From assembly GCF_000143415.4 (NCBI RefSeq), contig NW_003314374.1:414030-478029 (forward strand): a stretch of 64,000 nt of DNA, in the 5' to 3' direction. This document shows, piece after piece, positions 46,864 to 62,049 of this stretch. The position numbers were made by a program, and so were the translations under genes. The stretch is from Selaginella moellendorffii. Its lineage: Eukaryota > Plantae > Lycopodiophyta. How positions within the stretch are numbered: the stretch's first letter is position 1; each line of letters starts with the position of its first letter. The notes beneath the pieces were generated by a model. The model ran no database searches and was not told the DNA's origin. It was given only the letters and a program-made list of their open reading frames with translations.

Positions 46864-48134
46864 TCAGTCCCAGTCAGCGTCGAAGTAGCCCGCGTCTTTC
46901 ATTTCCGAGTAATATACATCCTCGAGTTGGAACGCTTCTTCCTGAAAAACAAATCCAAAGAGAATTGTGCGAGAGATTGAGAGAAAGAACTCCATTTCGC
47001 TTACTTTGAAATAGTCGGCAAGGAACGTGAGATACAAGAGAGGCGGATAGAACGCGTAGTACGCATAGTTTGTGAAGCTATAGATGCTGCAAAATCGTTT
47101 GGAATGAATGACGAAGAATGAAGAAACGAAAAGAAAGATGAGTTGCAATTACCAGTAGCCGAATTCCGATCCACATCCGAGGATAAAGCTTCCCAGGGAA
47201 CGCGACATGTTTAGAACAAACAAAACGAGCACGTAGTTATAGAACGCCGGTCTCGCTGCAAAAACAGGAAACAGCCACAAACGAGAAGTTCGAACAAGAA
47301 AGGCAAAAAATGAAACCATACCCGGTAAGTGATCTCGCCATCTCGTGAAAGGGAGAACCAGGATGAAGAAGTAGACGCCCGAAAAGACGAGGGAATGGAG
47401 GAACCAAAAGCTCCATTTGGACCAGTCCCCTGCATCACTTCCTGCCACGAACAATGGTATACCGAACCGGAAGATGAGAATTGCCTACACAAGTTTTGGG
47501 TGGCATTAGAAATCTTCTTTGCAAAAATCATACCTTGATCAATGCATCAACCGCTGCGACGAATCCAGAGAAAGTGAGAGTGCGAACGAGAGCATCCCAT
47601 GTACTGGTGAGATAGCCCTGCGATAAGAACACCACCACACTGACTTCCAGTAGCACCATACCGAATCGAGTGAGCAGTGAGATGAGATTCCAAGACGTGC
47701 TGCTGGAATGCTTCATCTGGATACGAAAAGAAAAAACTTTGAGCGAAGCGATGGATCGATCATGGCGATCATACCTCGAGAACGCACCACAAGATGTTGA
47801 GAATCGAGATGATCCAGAGGCAAGCATAGTAAGTGGCCATGATCGGCGACTGGCTCTGGAGGAGCTTCTTGACGCATTTGCGAGCGCGAGCGATGAGAAA
47901 GACCGTGAAAGCCAACACCGGGAGCAGCATAACAAGGTAGTAGAGCACCCCGTGCTGGCCATTGGAGCGAGCAAACGCGAGGCAGCCCTTTGGATCATTG
48001 CTCACCTGTGAAGGAGGCGCTGCGCCATCGCTGCTCGATGGATCGGCCAGCAGGTCGCCGGAATCTACTAGAGACGCGAGCAGGCCCTCCGATCGCGATG
48101 TCGCCAAGATCGTGGAGAGGAGACACAGCGCCAT
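46864..48134 (-). CDS. CAND2: CAND2/PMTR1-like multipass membrane protein (TPRA1 family), multi-exon
   Basis: SPIMATYY.CLW, WNLISLLTRFGMVLLEVSVVVFL, YYAFYPPLLYLTFLADYF, C-terminus LEDVYYSEMKDAGYFDADWD. Confidence 0.85.
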
Positions 48135-48203
48135 TGGGTCATCTATCCCAAAATATTTGCCCTACTCCAAGAACCCTAGGTAGAGCTCTGTTCTTTGTGG
48201 AGA

Positions 48204-50142
<1,939 letters not shown>

Positions 50143-50392
50143 CTTAGTGGTTTTTTCGTTAGCTCGAATGCAGGATGCTAGTGGTTTTCCTCGCACTGTC
50201 AGTCTTTTATTTTGTGAGGTGATTACAGTGTCAATTGCCGATGCATGCTATCATGCTTTTGCGGAATGTACAAGACAGTTTTCCGTTGGTCAGCTCGAGT
50301 TTCGTCACTAAAATTTGGCTGAGAACTCCGAGAGTCCTTCAGTGTTTGCGCTGCTTGTTCCTAGAGTCCGGTGTGTGTTCTTCCACTTCGGG

Positions 50393-52578
50393 TTACTTGA
50401 GTCCGTGGAGCGTGGGTGCCCAGTAGTCGGCTCCGTTATCGTTAGCCACCTGTAAAGTGCAGGACACCGGTACCAGGCATAGACCCCGGCTTCTGAGATC
50501 TTGCCTGTCCTCGCAGATTTTTCCATGCTCCTGGGCCACGCATGTCAAGTGAAGTTTGGACAAGCAATGCTAGTAAGTAAGTCGGCTTACGGTTTGCCGT
50601 GTCGTCGTACTGACCCCGGCTGGTTTCATGTAAGGCGAGCTGAGCACCTTCAGATCCAACATAGTTAAAGAAAGAAGCGACTAGAACCGGGGAGAGTGCT
50701 TGTTTTACCTGGACTTGTTCGTGCAGGAACTTGATGTACCCGATCGCTTCCAGCAATACGGAGGCTGTGTCAGTCTGCACAACGCCGACTTGGTTGACAT
50801 GAATCAGCGTACATAAACAGGTACTCTTTACCTTTCCAAATGGCGAGACCAGTTGCTGGAGTGCTGATATTCTCTCTCCAAGCTTCTCTTTCCTCACCTG
50901 CATCTGCATTTCCATTTCCAAAAACTTAATCAGCTCCAGGTACAAGGATCAGCCCCTATTTATTGTTCTGCTCATTAAAGTCAGCATCTACTGGAAGCTT
51001 GACTAGGAACTTGTCCTAAAGACTCATGCAGGATTCCTTAGTAGTAAATGCATAGAACTAATGCCTGGAAACGTTGTGCAGGCACCTACCTTGAAAGGGA
51101 AGGAGTTGCTATTTTCAAGCTTGGGTCTTTTCGAGAACAGCTCGGGCTCGCCGCTGCTGCTGCTTGCAACCCCTCCAAAGAGGCCCGGTACCCGGTCACT
51201 CGTCGCAGGTTCATCGTCATCCTGCATCAATTTATAGTAATCAGAATCGATGCGTTCGAGCGAGTTCTAAGTGTGTATGTGATTTTCTCGTCTTTAGGAG
51301 ATGTTACCTGGTGCTTTGGGATCACGGCCTCCTGGAGCTGTACCGTAGAACCACGATCCCGAGTATCCACATCTGTCGGCTTTCGTTTGTTTCTTTCGTA
51401 TGACTCGGTGGATTTTCCTGCAGAATTCGACGGCAGCACCTCCGAGAGCATTGCAGGCAGCCTGCTGGAGCGCGTAAGCCACATTTCCGGAGTGTCCTGG
51501 CTGCCGCTGAGGAGCTGACCGAGGTGACTGCAACTCGCACTCGCAGCAGCTGTGGCATCCGGGATTGGCCTATCGGCTTGGCGCAAGAGATCCATAAAGT
51601 TACCGATTTTGGACGAACTTGTCGCGGTGGAAGACCTCTGGAGCGCCAGGACCTTATCGTCGATGACCAGACCATTGCGGCCACCGAGAAAGAACTCCTC
51701 TTCGTGCTTGATCACCGGCGGAGGGACTTGCATTTCAACCTGGTACATTGAACTCAAGCCTCGGCTTCCCGGCGACACCAAAACTGGATTTTGCAAGCTC
51801 CGATGAGTATCTTCCGAGCAGCTTCGAGACATTAATTCGGCCGTTCTACAGACGAGAAGCGCGTCCACCGCATAGCCTTGACTGGAATTCCTGGACAGAA
51901 AGGCGCAAAGAGAAGAGAAATTATATCGGAAAGGCTTTGAACACTCGAGATCACGAAACTTAAAGACACCGAAAAAATTCTTCTTACAGAATTGGAGTGC
52001 CGTATGCATCGTGCGCCTGATCGTCGAAGAGATTATCAGCCCGATTCGACCACTTCGCACACTCGCCTTCCACTTCCAATAATGAGGCGGACTTTGGAGC
52101 GGGAGACTGGGAAGGTAGATTATTCCACGCAATCTGCTGATGCTGCTGATGCATTTCCTTTTGTCTAGTATGGTTATTGCAGCTTCCATTGCGCGAGCTC
52201 GGCCTGCGACAAGAGAAACAAACGAGTCGAGTCAACACGCTTGTCAAGCTCGAAGTTTGAAGCATCTCATGGCTGGAGCTCGGGTGGCCGAGCTCGGGGA
52301 CAGACTTACATCTCACAGAAAGTCGGAGCTGGAGAAGGCGGACATTGATCGGGAGTGGAGGTGGAGCTGCCTTCTGAGTTGGCACTAAGCGGGCTTTGGA
52401 CCAAGGCTGCGGCTCGTTGCCAGCCGGAGGAATCAAGCCCGGTTGTTGCTAGAGAGACGAGCTTGGTTGCAGAGTCAGCTCGACTTAACAGGCCAGCAGC
52501 TTCGCATTCTCTGACGACGAACCTGTTGTCCAGCCGGAAGGAATTGTGCTGCTGTTGCTGCTGCTGATGCTGCCACAT
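50393..52578 (-). CDS. bHLH transcription factor (bHLH68/110/112-like), multi-exon; start approximate
   Basis: [52 protein letters not shown]; [23 protein letters not shown]. Confidence 0.88.
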
Positions 52579-55400
52579 TGAAATCGTTGCTGCTTCAACA
52601 ACAACAACACCGCCGCCGCCAGCAGCGCCACCCGTGCATCTGCGAATCGCCACCACCACCGCTGACTCAACTCGGGGCTCCCGAATCTAGGCCGCATCAA
52701 TCAGTGCGCGGCTCAAAACGTTTTCCTCTTTAAAAAATGCTGCTGCTGCCGCTACTTCTCGGGAGGGCTCGGACACTACGCTCGATGCACACACTCACTG
52801 GCTAGCCACATGCTCAAAGAACACTACGACCACCATCGCCTCGACTTTCAGTACACACTTTGAAGAGAAACAAAAGAGTTTCTCTCGAAGCAGCAGCACA
52901 CCGGCAGCAGCAAAACAGGAAAACCAACAACAGTGGTAAGCCGATTTTGCTCTCGGGGCTACTAATGTTTCTCACTGCCACGCCTAGGAAGGAAAGGAGC
53001 TCACAGCTACAACTACAAAGACAAAAGGAATGCGCCTGACTGACGACTGTTCACCAGTGCACACACACACACACACTACACACTCTTTGCTTGGGTCTGG
53101 AGGTATGTATGCAAGTATTATATCGTCTTCTTCTTTTTCATTACCTCTCTCTCCTGCGAGGGACCTGATTACTTTCTTCTGCCTTGCAGGTCACGTAAGG
53201 CGGGATGCCACAATTTTGAGACTTTCGGCACAGCACTGGCAGCTGCTGTGCTGCTGCTGCTGCTGCTGCTTCGTCAGGAAACAAAGCGTATGTATGTATA
53301 CGTACATTCTCTCAAGACTCCTTTTGTATCTCTCTCGGCTCACGACATCTCTATGAGCTCCGGAGCTCTCTCAGCGAGGAAAGTACTTTGCGATTCTAGT
53401 CTAGTTTTGCTTTTAAGCTTTAGCTGTCCAGAGATTGGATTCCGATCAATCACTCGTTTTGATCGGACTGGCTAAGCGCTGCTCGACTTGCAGAGGTCGT
53501 TTTGTCCGACCGATCGATCGATTTGTCGCAGGGAACGGCACAGCGAGCGAGCGAGCGAAATCTCGTGAAGGGCAAGAAACCCACACCGCGCTCGCTCTAA
53601 AGCTACCAAAGAGCCGCTGCCAAATGGGAGTGATGAAAGTCACATGATATGATGTGATGGGGTACCATACCATACATGGTCCCCATCATAGAGAAGTCAC
53701 ATGGGTCCATGATGACTCCATGGACATGCCCGCCCCTTACCGTGTGGGTCCACCGTACGTACGGCACCGAGGTGGAAGAAAAAGAACGCGGTCGGTGAAA
53801 AGAGATTTTTGTGCGCCTACCTGGCAACATCATTGCCGCCGGCTCTGCCGATCTGACGGCTGTGATGTGAACCCCGGTTAAGCTGCTAACCTCTCGCGGC
53901 AAAGGTAAAATGACATAGGCCTTACCTAACCCTAAAGCGTCGCTTTCACACACCGACAAAACCGGCAGGGAGGGGGAAAAAAACTGAAACGTCAAGGTTG
54001 ACCTCATCTGACGGGCGGCCGGCGCGAAGCAAGGGGTTTTTAGAGGCCGTCAAATACGGCCTCTGGCAAGCGTGACGGGCGGGCGTCAGGAATATTTGAA
54101 GTTTGTGTCACGCCTGACACGTGTCACGGTCACAGCCGGTCAAAGCGGGTTAGGTTTGGGCGAAGAATTAGGTCAGAAAAAGGTGGTGGCGGAAGTTGAA
54201 AAGTCAATAGGCGTTTCTTTAAAGAAAATTGTCTAAACTAGTGGGAAAGGTCAAAGGGAGACAACAGTTCCAATCAAACAATGCACAAAACAAGAGAGAT
54301 TAGATCGCTCTTTGTCTTGATTTGTGTTCTTTCATTGAAGTTGGCCATGTTTTTTTCCATTCCAGTGAAGGTGACAATGAATGGGTCTCTTCTCTCATCT
54401 CAGTCACTTTCCACTCTTAATTTGTAACACTATGCTTTGGTGAAAGCTGATCTCATCCATTTGACTCGCCCCACTAGTTTTCTCGCCAATCCCTTAGAAA
54501 AACACTTAGAAGAATCCATTCTCAAGTCCACAACACATGGCATTATTTGCTGCCAGTTTAGAATAACCCCGCCCCCGAAGTTCCAGTGATCTTTCGCCGC
54601 TCAAAGTCAAGAACACCCCAATTTAAATCCGTTGCTGCGTCAATCCAGATAAAAACAACAACTGTGCACAGAATGGCAGATCGATTAAACAACGCCAGCG
54701 TATCAGACTGGAAAGGAAAGTTTAGAGCATACCACCTACGAAGAAGAAACCTTGGCGAGAGTCGTCCAACAAGCTGTAAAAACTATTACAGGGAATGAAG
54801 CAAAGAGAGGAAAACTAGAACTAAAAAACGCAAGCGAGAATGAGAGAAACATACTGCTCGTCTCGTGAAGGAAATGACGAAGGTTGTCGTCTACGAACTT
54901 CAAACTCCCGAGTAGTCCATCCAAACCACGTTCGATACTTGAATGCCTACAGAAAAAATTTCATGGTGAAGAGCATCCGACAAACGCCGTGGCGGCGAGC
55001 CACGGGAAGGCGAGAAAGAATCACGCTAGAAATTTAATAAGCCAAGCAAGGAGAGAAGACGAGACAAGCAATAGAGAAATGGAAAGAAAAAAGAAGAACA
55101 CGTACGTGGCTAAGTCGCAATAGTCCAACTGTTGGCTTTTGTCGACTTGCTTGAGCTCACACGGGATCCTCCAGGATTTTGCGATGATGGGACGCCTTCA
55201 GAAAGCTCGAAGCCTGCTGCTGCTACGTTGCTTAAACGCTACATTCCCTGCAGTGGACTTCGCGGAATTTCCCAAACGTACAACTATTTCCCTGGCACAC
55301 CTCTTGCAGTGAATGGTCTCCCAGAGCTGACACTGTTTCCCCCGTGAGATCTCCTGTCTTCTCAGAATTCCCAGAACTGTAGCTATGTCCCGGTGCTACT

Positions 55401-56828
55401 CTACTTGTGGTAGACAAAAAGCGGCCGCCTGAATCCGGACTTATCACTCGGCAGCTCCGAGCTGATCTCTTCGTAGAACTTGAATCCAATCTTCTCGGTC
55501 AGAATGCTGGGGAAGTTGTCCGGCCGGAGTTTTATTCTCTGGAAGTTCTTTCTCGTCACCTCGGAAACTCTCCGCTTCTTGCTGTATGATTCCCACGGCT
55601 GAGGCTCCAGCACCAGGCGGCCACCCGGCCGGAGCTCCTTGAAAACCTTCGCGAAGAACTTGAGGAGGCCCTCGTCGCCCCAGTTGAGATGAATCCACTT
55701 GGAAATGCTCAAGCAGAGGATGGTGTCGTACGTCCCGGGCTTGCAATAAACGTCGAGGTAGTTCTGAGTTTTGAATGTAACTCTCTCCGAAAGCTCTAGC
55801 CCGCTTAAAACATCATCACCAGCTTCTTTTGCAGTGTGCTTTCCGCCAGCTACGACCCCACACTTGGCAGCTTTTTGCTCGACGGCTGCTTCCTCAGAAT
55901 CTGTGCTTGGAGTTTTCCCAGAATTCTTCTGTTCACCACCTTGCTTGAAAGGATACCCCTCGTCAGCTTCTTCCATCGAGTTAGCCTGCGATCCTCCATT
56001 CACTCCAAACACAGTTTCCTCGGTTTTCTGCGCACCATTTTCCTTCGCGGCTGGTTCAACTCTGTTAGCTTCCATTTTCTCTTTCTCTTCGACACCATCA
56101 CTTGTGTGAGAAGCTAGAAATTCTTTCTCGGTCACTCCGTTTTCGCTACCCTCAAAATGTACTGCCGTAGCTGTTTCCACAGAATTGTCCCCTTGCGTCC
56201 TCACAGAAACCACCTCAACAAAGCTTCTCTCGGCTTCTTTCTCACAACTTTCCACGGCAGCCATGCTTTCGTGTTTAACACCATCTTTTTCCTCGGCAGC
56301 TCTCATTTTCCCGATTCCTTTCTCTTCGACACCATCTTTCTCGTCGTCGTGGCACGTTGCAAGCTCTTTCTCGTTTTCGCCACCATCGTCATTGGCTGCC
56401 GCGGCTACTTTTAAACCCACCTTTTGCGTGCCGATCCCTTCGAGGCATTTCTCCTCGGCAATCCTCTCACCATCTTCTACTTTTCTCTCGTCCTCCTTGC
56501 TTTTCTCCTCCTTCTCCAGCGCTTCCACTTCGTGCTGTAGATTGCATCGTGCCTTGTAGATAAGCTTGCTATCAATGTCCACTCCCACCATGCTCTTACA
56601 GCAAAACTTCACCGCCAGCGCGATCGTCACATGCCCCTCGTTGCACCCAATGTCGAGACAATCCCTGTTCTCGATCCATTCTTGCTTGAAAACACTGACT
56701 CTCGGATCCTCCTCCAGCGTCTTCCCGACCCGGTAGCCATAGTAGAACGGATAATTCCCATAGACATATTCCGGTTTCTTCCGTTTCTTCCCGGAATCCT
56801 GGCGCTGCTGCTGCTGCGATCCCTGCAT
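55401..56828 (-). CDS. Bin3/MePCE-type RNA methylphosphate-capping methyltransferase, intronless, with long acidic insert
   Basis: YGNYPFYYGYR, CLDIGCNEG..VGVDID, YDTILCLSISKWIHLNWGDEGL..LVLEPQPW.SY. Confidence 0.92.
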   Translation of the reverse strand: MQGSQQQQRQDSGKKRKKPEYVYGNYPFYYGYRVGKTLEEDPRVSVFKQEWIENRDCLDIGCNEGHVTIALAVKFCCKSMVGVDIDSKLIYKARCNLQHEVEALEKEEKSKEDERKVEDGERIAEEKCLEGIGTQKVGLKVAAAANDDGGENEKELATCHDDEKDGVEEKGIGKMRAAEEKDGVKHESMAAVESCEKEAERSFVEVVSVRTQGDNSVETATAVHFEGSENGVTEKEFLASHTSDGVEEKEKMEANRVEPAAKENGAQKTEETVFGVNGGSQANSMEEADEGYPFKQGGEQKNSGKTPSTDSEEAAVEQKAAKCGVVAGGKHTAKEAGDDVLSGLELSERVTFKTQNYLDVYCKPGTYDTILCLSISKWIHLNWGDEGLLKFFAKVFKELRPGGRLVLEPQPWESYSKKRRVSEVTRKNFQRIKLRPDNFPSILTEKIGFKFYEEISSELPSDKSGFRRPLFVYHK

Positions 56829-57108
56829 CTTACCTCGCCCTAGCGCTCGATCAATGGATCGATCGATCGGGAGCCCGCCTAAAACCCCGGAAATTTCAAG
56901 AACCCTGGCGCCCAAGAGCCCTAATCTCCTGGATCTTTATTGGAGATCGAATCGACGGCTAGGATGGAGTGATCGGGCGGTTAGAAGAAACTCTCGTGAA
57001 AGGGTGTTGGTGATCATCCCCTATATGAATGAAGAGACGATGGGCAAGGAATATTTTAGGGCTCGCGGACAACCTTGATAGGGTGCGATCGATCGATCGC
57101 TGGGCGCG

Positions 57109-58827
57109 ATGGAGCCGTGCCCGTCGCTCACATCCAACAAGAGGGTAACGCCGCCAGGGATCGCGATCTCGCGGAGCCTCAGCGGCCGGCAGTTCCAGTA
57201 TGGATTCTACCGATTCCTCGTCCTCGCGCTCACATTCGTGGCCTACGCATGCTACCACGCGTCGCGCAAGCCGCCAAGCATCGTCAAGAGCGTGCTCGAC
57301 CCCGAGCGATCGAGCAGCGGTGAGAATAAGGGCTGGTATCCATTCAATGGCAGGAACGGCAAGGTCAGGCTCGGCGAGGTGGATCTCGCGTTCCTCGCCT
57401 TCTACGCCTTCGCAATGTTCTTTGCAGGGCATCTGGGTGACACGATGGATCTCAGAGTTTTTCTCAGCATTGGCATGGTTGGCAGTGGGATCTTCGTGTG
57501 CCTCTTTGGCATGGCCTACTGGTGGAACATCCACGACTTCTACTACTTTATGTTCGTCCAGATCATGGCGGGGCTGTTCCAAGCGACAGGGTGGCCATCG
57601 GTCGTCGCCATCGTCGGGAACTGGTTTGGAAAATCTAAGCGAGGTCTCATCATGGGCATCTGGAACGCTCACACCTCAGTTGGAAACATCATCGGATCGC
57701 TCGTCGCGGCTAGCGCGCTGGAGCTCGGCTGGGGATACTCTTTCATCTTTCCGGGAGTTTTGATAATCGTAGCCGGGATCCTGGTGTTTCTGTTCCTGGT
57801 GGTGGAGCCAGCGGACGTGGATTTGCCGAGCCCAGCGGAGGTGGAGGCGACCGAGAACGCAACAAAGGTGGCGGTGTCGTCGAGCTCGCTGAGAATCAGC
57901 GAACCTGCTCGAGACGACTTGGAAGCTCCTCTCATCTCTTCGGCTCAGCAGCACAGCCGAGCAAAGAGCCCCGAGCGTGGAAAGGCCGTGGAGTTTTTAC
58001 AGGCTTGGAAGATCCCAGGAGTTCTTCCTTTTGCGTTTTGCCTGTTCTTCTGCAAGCTCGTCGCCTACACTTTCTTGTACTGGCTGCCGTTCTACATCAA
58101 GCAGACTAGTAAGTCTACCGCATCCCCATTCTCAGGTAACACAACATATAGAACTGAAGCTTTCTTTTAATCTATCTTCCTTGACGAAGTTGACGAACTT
58201 GGTGGTGTTCTTGCAGGAGTCGGAGAGAAATCCCTGTCGGAAAAGACTGCTGGGAACCTGTCAACACTTTTCGACATCGGTGGAGTCTTTGGTGGGATCC
58301 TAGCCGGCTACGCTTCGGACAGGCTCAAAGCGCGAGCAATCACAGCGGCAACCATGACTTACCTGGCTATTCCAGCGCTGCTTCTCTACCACCGGTACGG
58401 ATCAACGTCGATGGCGTCCAGCATCGCCCTGATGATGATCACGGGGATGCTCGTCAATGGCCCCTACGCGCTCATCACGACCGCGGTGTCAGCCGACCTC
58501 GGAACTCACAGCTCGCTCAAGGGCGACGCGAGAGCTCTGGCAACAGTGACTGCGATCATCGATGGGTGTGGATCGCTGGGGGCGGCGATCGGGCCAGTGT
58601 TGACAGGATATCTCTCCACCAGCGGCTGGGACAAAGTTTTCTACATGCTGATGGTGGCGGCGCTGGTGGCGGGCCTGCTGTTGACGAGACTGGTGGCGGC
58701 AGAGATCCGGGAGAAAGTTAGCAGCTACCATTCGCGAGGTATGGACTCTTTCCAGTTCTTGAAAGATGGTAATAACGCTGCTACTGCTGCTGCGAAGCTG
58801 GAGGGTGATCGTCTTCCTCCAGTCTAG
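57109..58827 (+). CDS. Glycerol-3-phosphate permease (G3Pp/SLC37, MFS), two exons
   Basis: [82 protein letters not shown]; intron at ~58089-58217. Confidence 0.93.
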
Positions 58828-59051
58828 GATCAGGATCTCTCTTGTTCTTGATGAGAGTTTTTGTGGCTCCTCGGTTTTGGCAGATTGATCGCGAGCTAGA
58901 ACAGAAGCGTTCCGTACGTCCTTGAAAAGGGACGTACGGGGAAAAGAACTTTTGTAAACTAAGTGTACTTATTAACTGATCTAAACCACATTTCGAGTTC
59001 AATCTGAGACGTAGATGGTAGGTTTCCGCTTTTGGCCGTCCGATCCAAGCG

Positions 59052-60880
59052 AAGCCCTAGTTTTTCGTGACTAGTTTATTTTTCCCCTAAACCACCATAA
59101 TAAGCAAGGAGAGAAGTAGATTTTTCGAAGCACAACAAATAAGAGAAATGACGAGTTTTTCTGGTGAGCTAAGGCTGAAACTTCTGCCTCCAGCCAGGGC
59201 TCTAACAAAAGGGGTTTATGGACACCACCACCATCGGTGAGTAGTGTTCCATAGTCACCACCATGGAAACCATCATCCATTGGTGTGTGGCCACCAACTC
59301 CATGGCCCCTGGAGAGGAAGTCTGGACCACCGACACTAAGCAGGACTCACAATTAGCAATGACTTCAGGGCCACCATCATTGGCAACTAGTGAGGGTACT
59401 CAGCTTCACCACCTTTGTCTTCAACACCAACTAAGGAGAGAGGGCCAGTGTTTCCTTCCTTGTATTGCTCCCTTTCACAATGGTACATGCAGGACTCGAC
59501 CTACACAACAACCACCAACTCCTCGGCTAGCAAACTCTACTCCAGCAGACCACCACCTCCACCTCAGCCATCACCACTTTCTGGCACACACAGCGGCAGC
59601 AGCAACGGTCCAGTGGCGGAAAGCGCACCACTGCCACCTTCTCAGTGTTTCTCAACACACAGTGGTGCACCACAATCATCAAAAGCTGGTCGCTCTTCAG
59701 GCTCTCTAAGACTCCACATATATGTGTTCTTCTCCATTGCTGGACACCTCCTTTTACATAATTCTCGCAACACAACCATCATCCTCCACCACTGGGTGAT
59801 CATTCTTGGCCTTCCTCACCACGCAATGGCAGTCACGGTCTAGGACACTATAGGGAAAGCACACCACCACTACTTTCTGCACATAGTGGTGCACCACCAC
59901 CGCCAAAAGTTGGTTGCTCTTCAAGCTCTCAAGGCTCACCGCCCATTGCTAGACACCTCCTTTTACATAATTCTCATAAGAGAGGTAAACATAGCCACCA
60001 TCCTTCACCATCGGGTGATCATCCTTAGGCTTCCTCACCACATGGTGGCAGCCATGGTCCAGGACACCATAGGGAAAGCCAAAAGCTGGTCGAGATTCAC
60101 CTCCTAGCAATTTCAAGTATGTGTTCCTCTGCAATGCTGGCTACCTCCTTTACATTGATCCTTGCAGGAGATCCACCATCATTCCACACTACCTCCTTCA
60201 CCACCGGATGATCCACATAGTGGCAGGCACTGACGCCATGGGAAAAGCGCACCACCGCCACATTCCTCTGCACACAGTGGCAACAGTGGTGCACTGCCAC
60301 CACCAAAAGCTAGTCACTCTTCAGGCTCTTAAGGTTCACCTCCCAGCAATTTTGAGTATTGTGGTCATTTGCATGGTTTGTTACCTCCTTGACGTAATGC
60401 TTGTAGGCATTCTGGAGCTCCTCCATCTCAGCCACCACCTCCAACTCACAAGCATCACCACCATTCTCATGGTGATCTTGGAAGTGTCAATTGACGTCCA
60501 TATGGTGATTCTAGAACTTTCGATTGGCATCCACAATGTGATCTTGGAAGGATCAATCGGAACCCTTACGATGATCTAGGAATTCTAGCAGCCTCAACAG
60601 TCCCAACAGTCCTAACAGGCAACAGCTTGAGCCCCCTTCGAGCTCCTCAAGGTGCACACTTCTCTTTAGCAACAACAGAAATAGCAACCTGGTGTGGATC
60701 ACGTTTGTGGCCATTTCCCCATCATCCTTGGCCTTGTGGTCATGCTCTTCATCAAGTGGAGACACTCTCGACGACACCAAAGAAGGGACAAACCTTTTCT
60801 TGTCTATAGTGTTGTGGCTGACATTGATGAGCATGACAGAGCAGCAGTCTAGCAGTGATTCAAGGTAAGCTTTAAAATCA
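59052..60880 (+). repeat. Copy 1 of a ~1.8-kb decayed direct duplication (internally repetitive pseudogene-like unit)
   Basis: Colinear with 62050-63882 from AAGCCCTAGTTTTTC to GCTTTAAAATCA. Confidence 0.8.
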
Positions 60881-62049
60881 AAGTTATTTTCTTCATAAAT
60901 TCTAATGTTATCTTTTATAACCGAAGCTCATTCACCATCAGCGCCATTCTACGTTGTAGCTATATCTAAATCTCTAACTGAGCCACATTGAGCAGCAGCA
61001 ATATTCAATATTGAGCAACAACGATACAATGCTCAACATCAAGCACAAATGTGTTGCCTTTGAAATCTCTTACAAATTCGAAAATGTCATCTTAAAAAAT
61101 CCAACAACAAGAGGGTTAAATTTATTTTCTGAATTATTTGTCCATCTTCTAGAATTTTTTTAATGGCAATTCTCTTTTTCCCATTTGGTATTATTTTAAA
61201 GCATAAATTAACCTATAAATAAAAAAATGAATGTGTTCAAAACATAGTTGCCTTGCAATATTATATTGACAAAGTTCAAATGGAGAAGGATTGATTTTTT
61301 CAACACTTCTTTGTGAGTTAGTTTCTATTTGACAAATCCCTTTTTAGCCATAACATTTTTTTCTTCTCCAAAAGACAAACAATGTGTAAATTATAATTTT
61401 TTCTTTTCTAATTTGCTAGATTACTTTAGCATTTTTACCTTAGCCTCAGTTAAGTTCATTTGCTAAAGCCTAACTTGTATTTGATCTTATTTAACTTTAG
61501 CTACTCATTGCACAAGTAGTAAAGTGTTAGTCATTTATCCATGGATTTCTAAATTTTCTTTTAATCCCTTTTTTCAGGTTAAATTAAATTTAAAATTTGG
61601 CTACAAACATATTAAACCTATAATTTTTTAGGTATAACAAGATTTGGTCATAAAACTTTATAAATCCTAAACCTTATGTACCTTTTTTTAATTTGAACCT
61701 CAAAAAGAAACACCATACACTATAGCCTGAAATCGGTACCCTTACTTTCCACTTTCATCCCAACGAAAAAGCCCAAGCCCAAAAGAAGGACTAAAATTAC
61801 TCTTTAAACACTTCTTTATAATGCTTCTAACATTGGTCTTGGAGGTGTGTTAACATATCCTGACTACACTTGACCTTTCATTTTACACTTTAGGAGCATC
61901 TTTTGCACTCTTTGAATCCATACTCACTCCCACCTAAGGCTATTAACTTCTAGTCTCCTTCAACTCAATTTGCAAGCACCATTGAAAAATCTTTAACCTC
62001 ACTTTCCCAATTATACTTTTAAAACCCATTGCAACCTGACAACTCCACC

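Noticed and set aside
52485-52700. Possible conserved uORF overlapping the bHLH start
   Set aside because: No recognisable conserved peptide and the true bHLH start is uncertain.
53059-53270. (CA)n and (TGC)n microsatellites and the poly-Cys ORF upstream of the bHLH gene
   Set aside because: Ordinary simple repeats; no coding evidence.
56959-57672. Long antisense ORFs over GC-rich genes (also 37185-37703, 40285-40824)
   Set aside because: Shadow ORFs from high GC3 codon usage of the real genes on the opposite strand.
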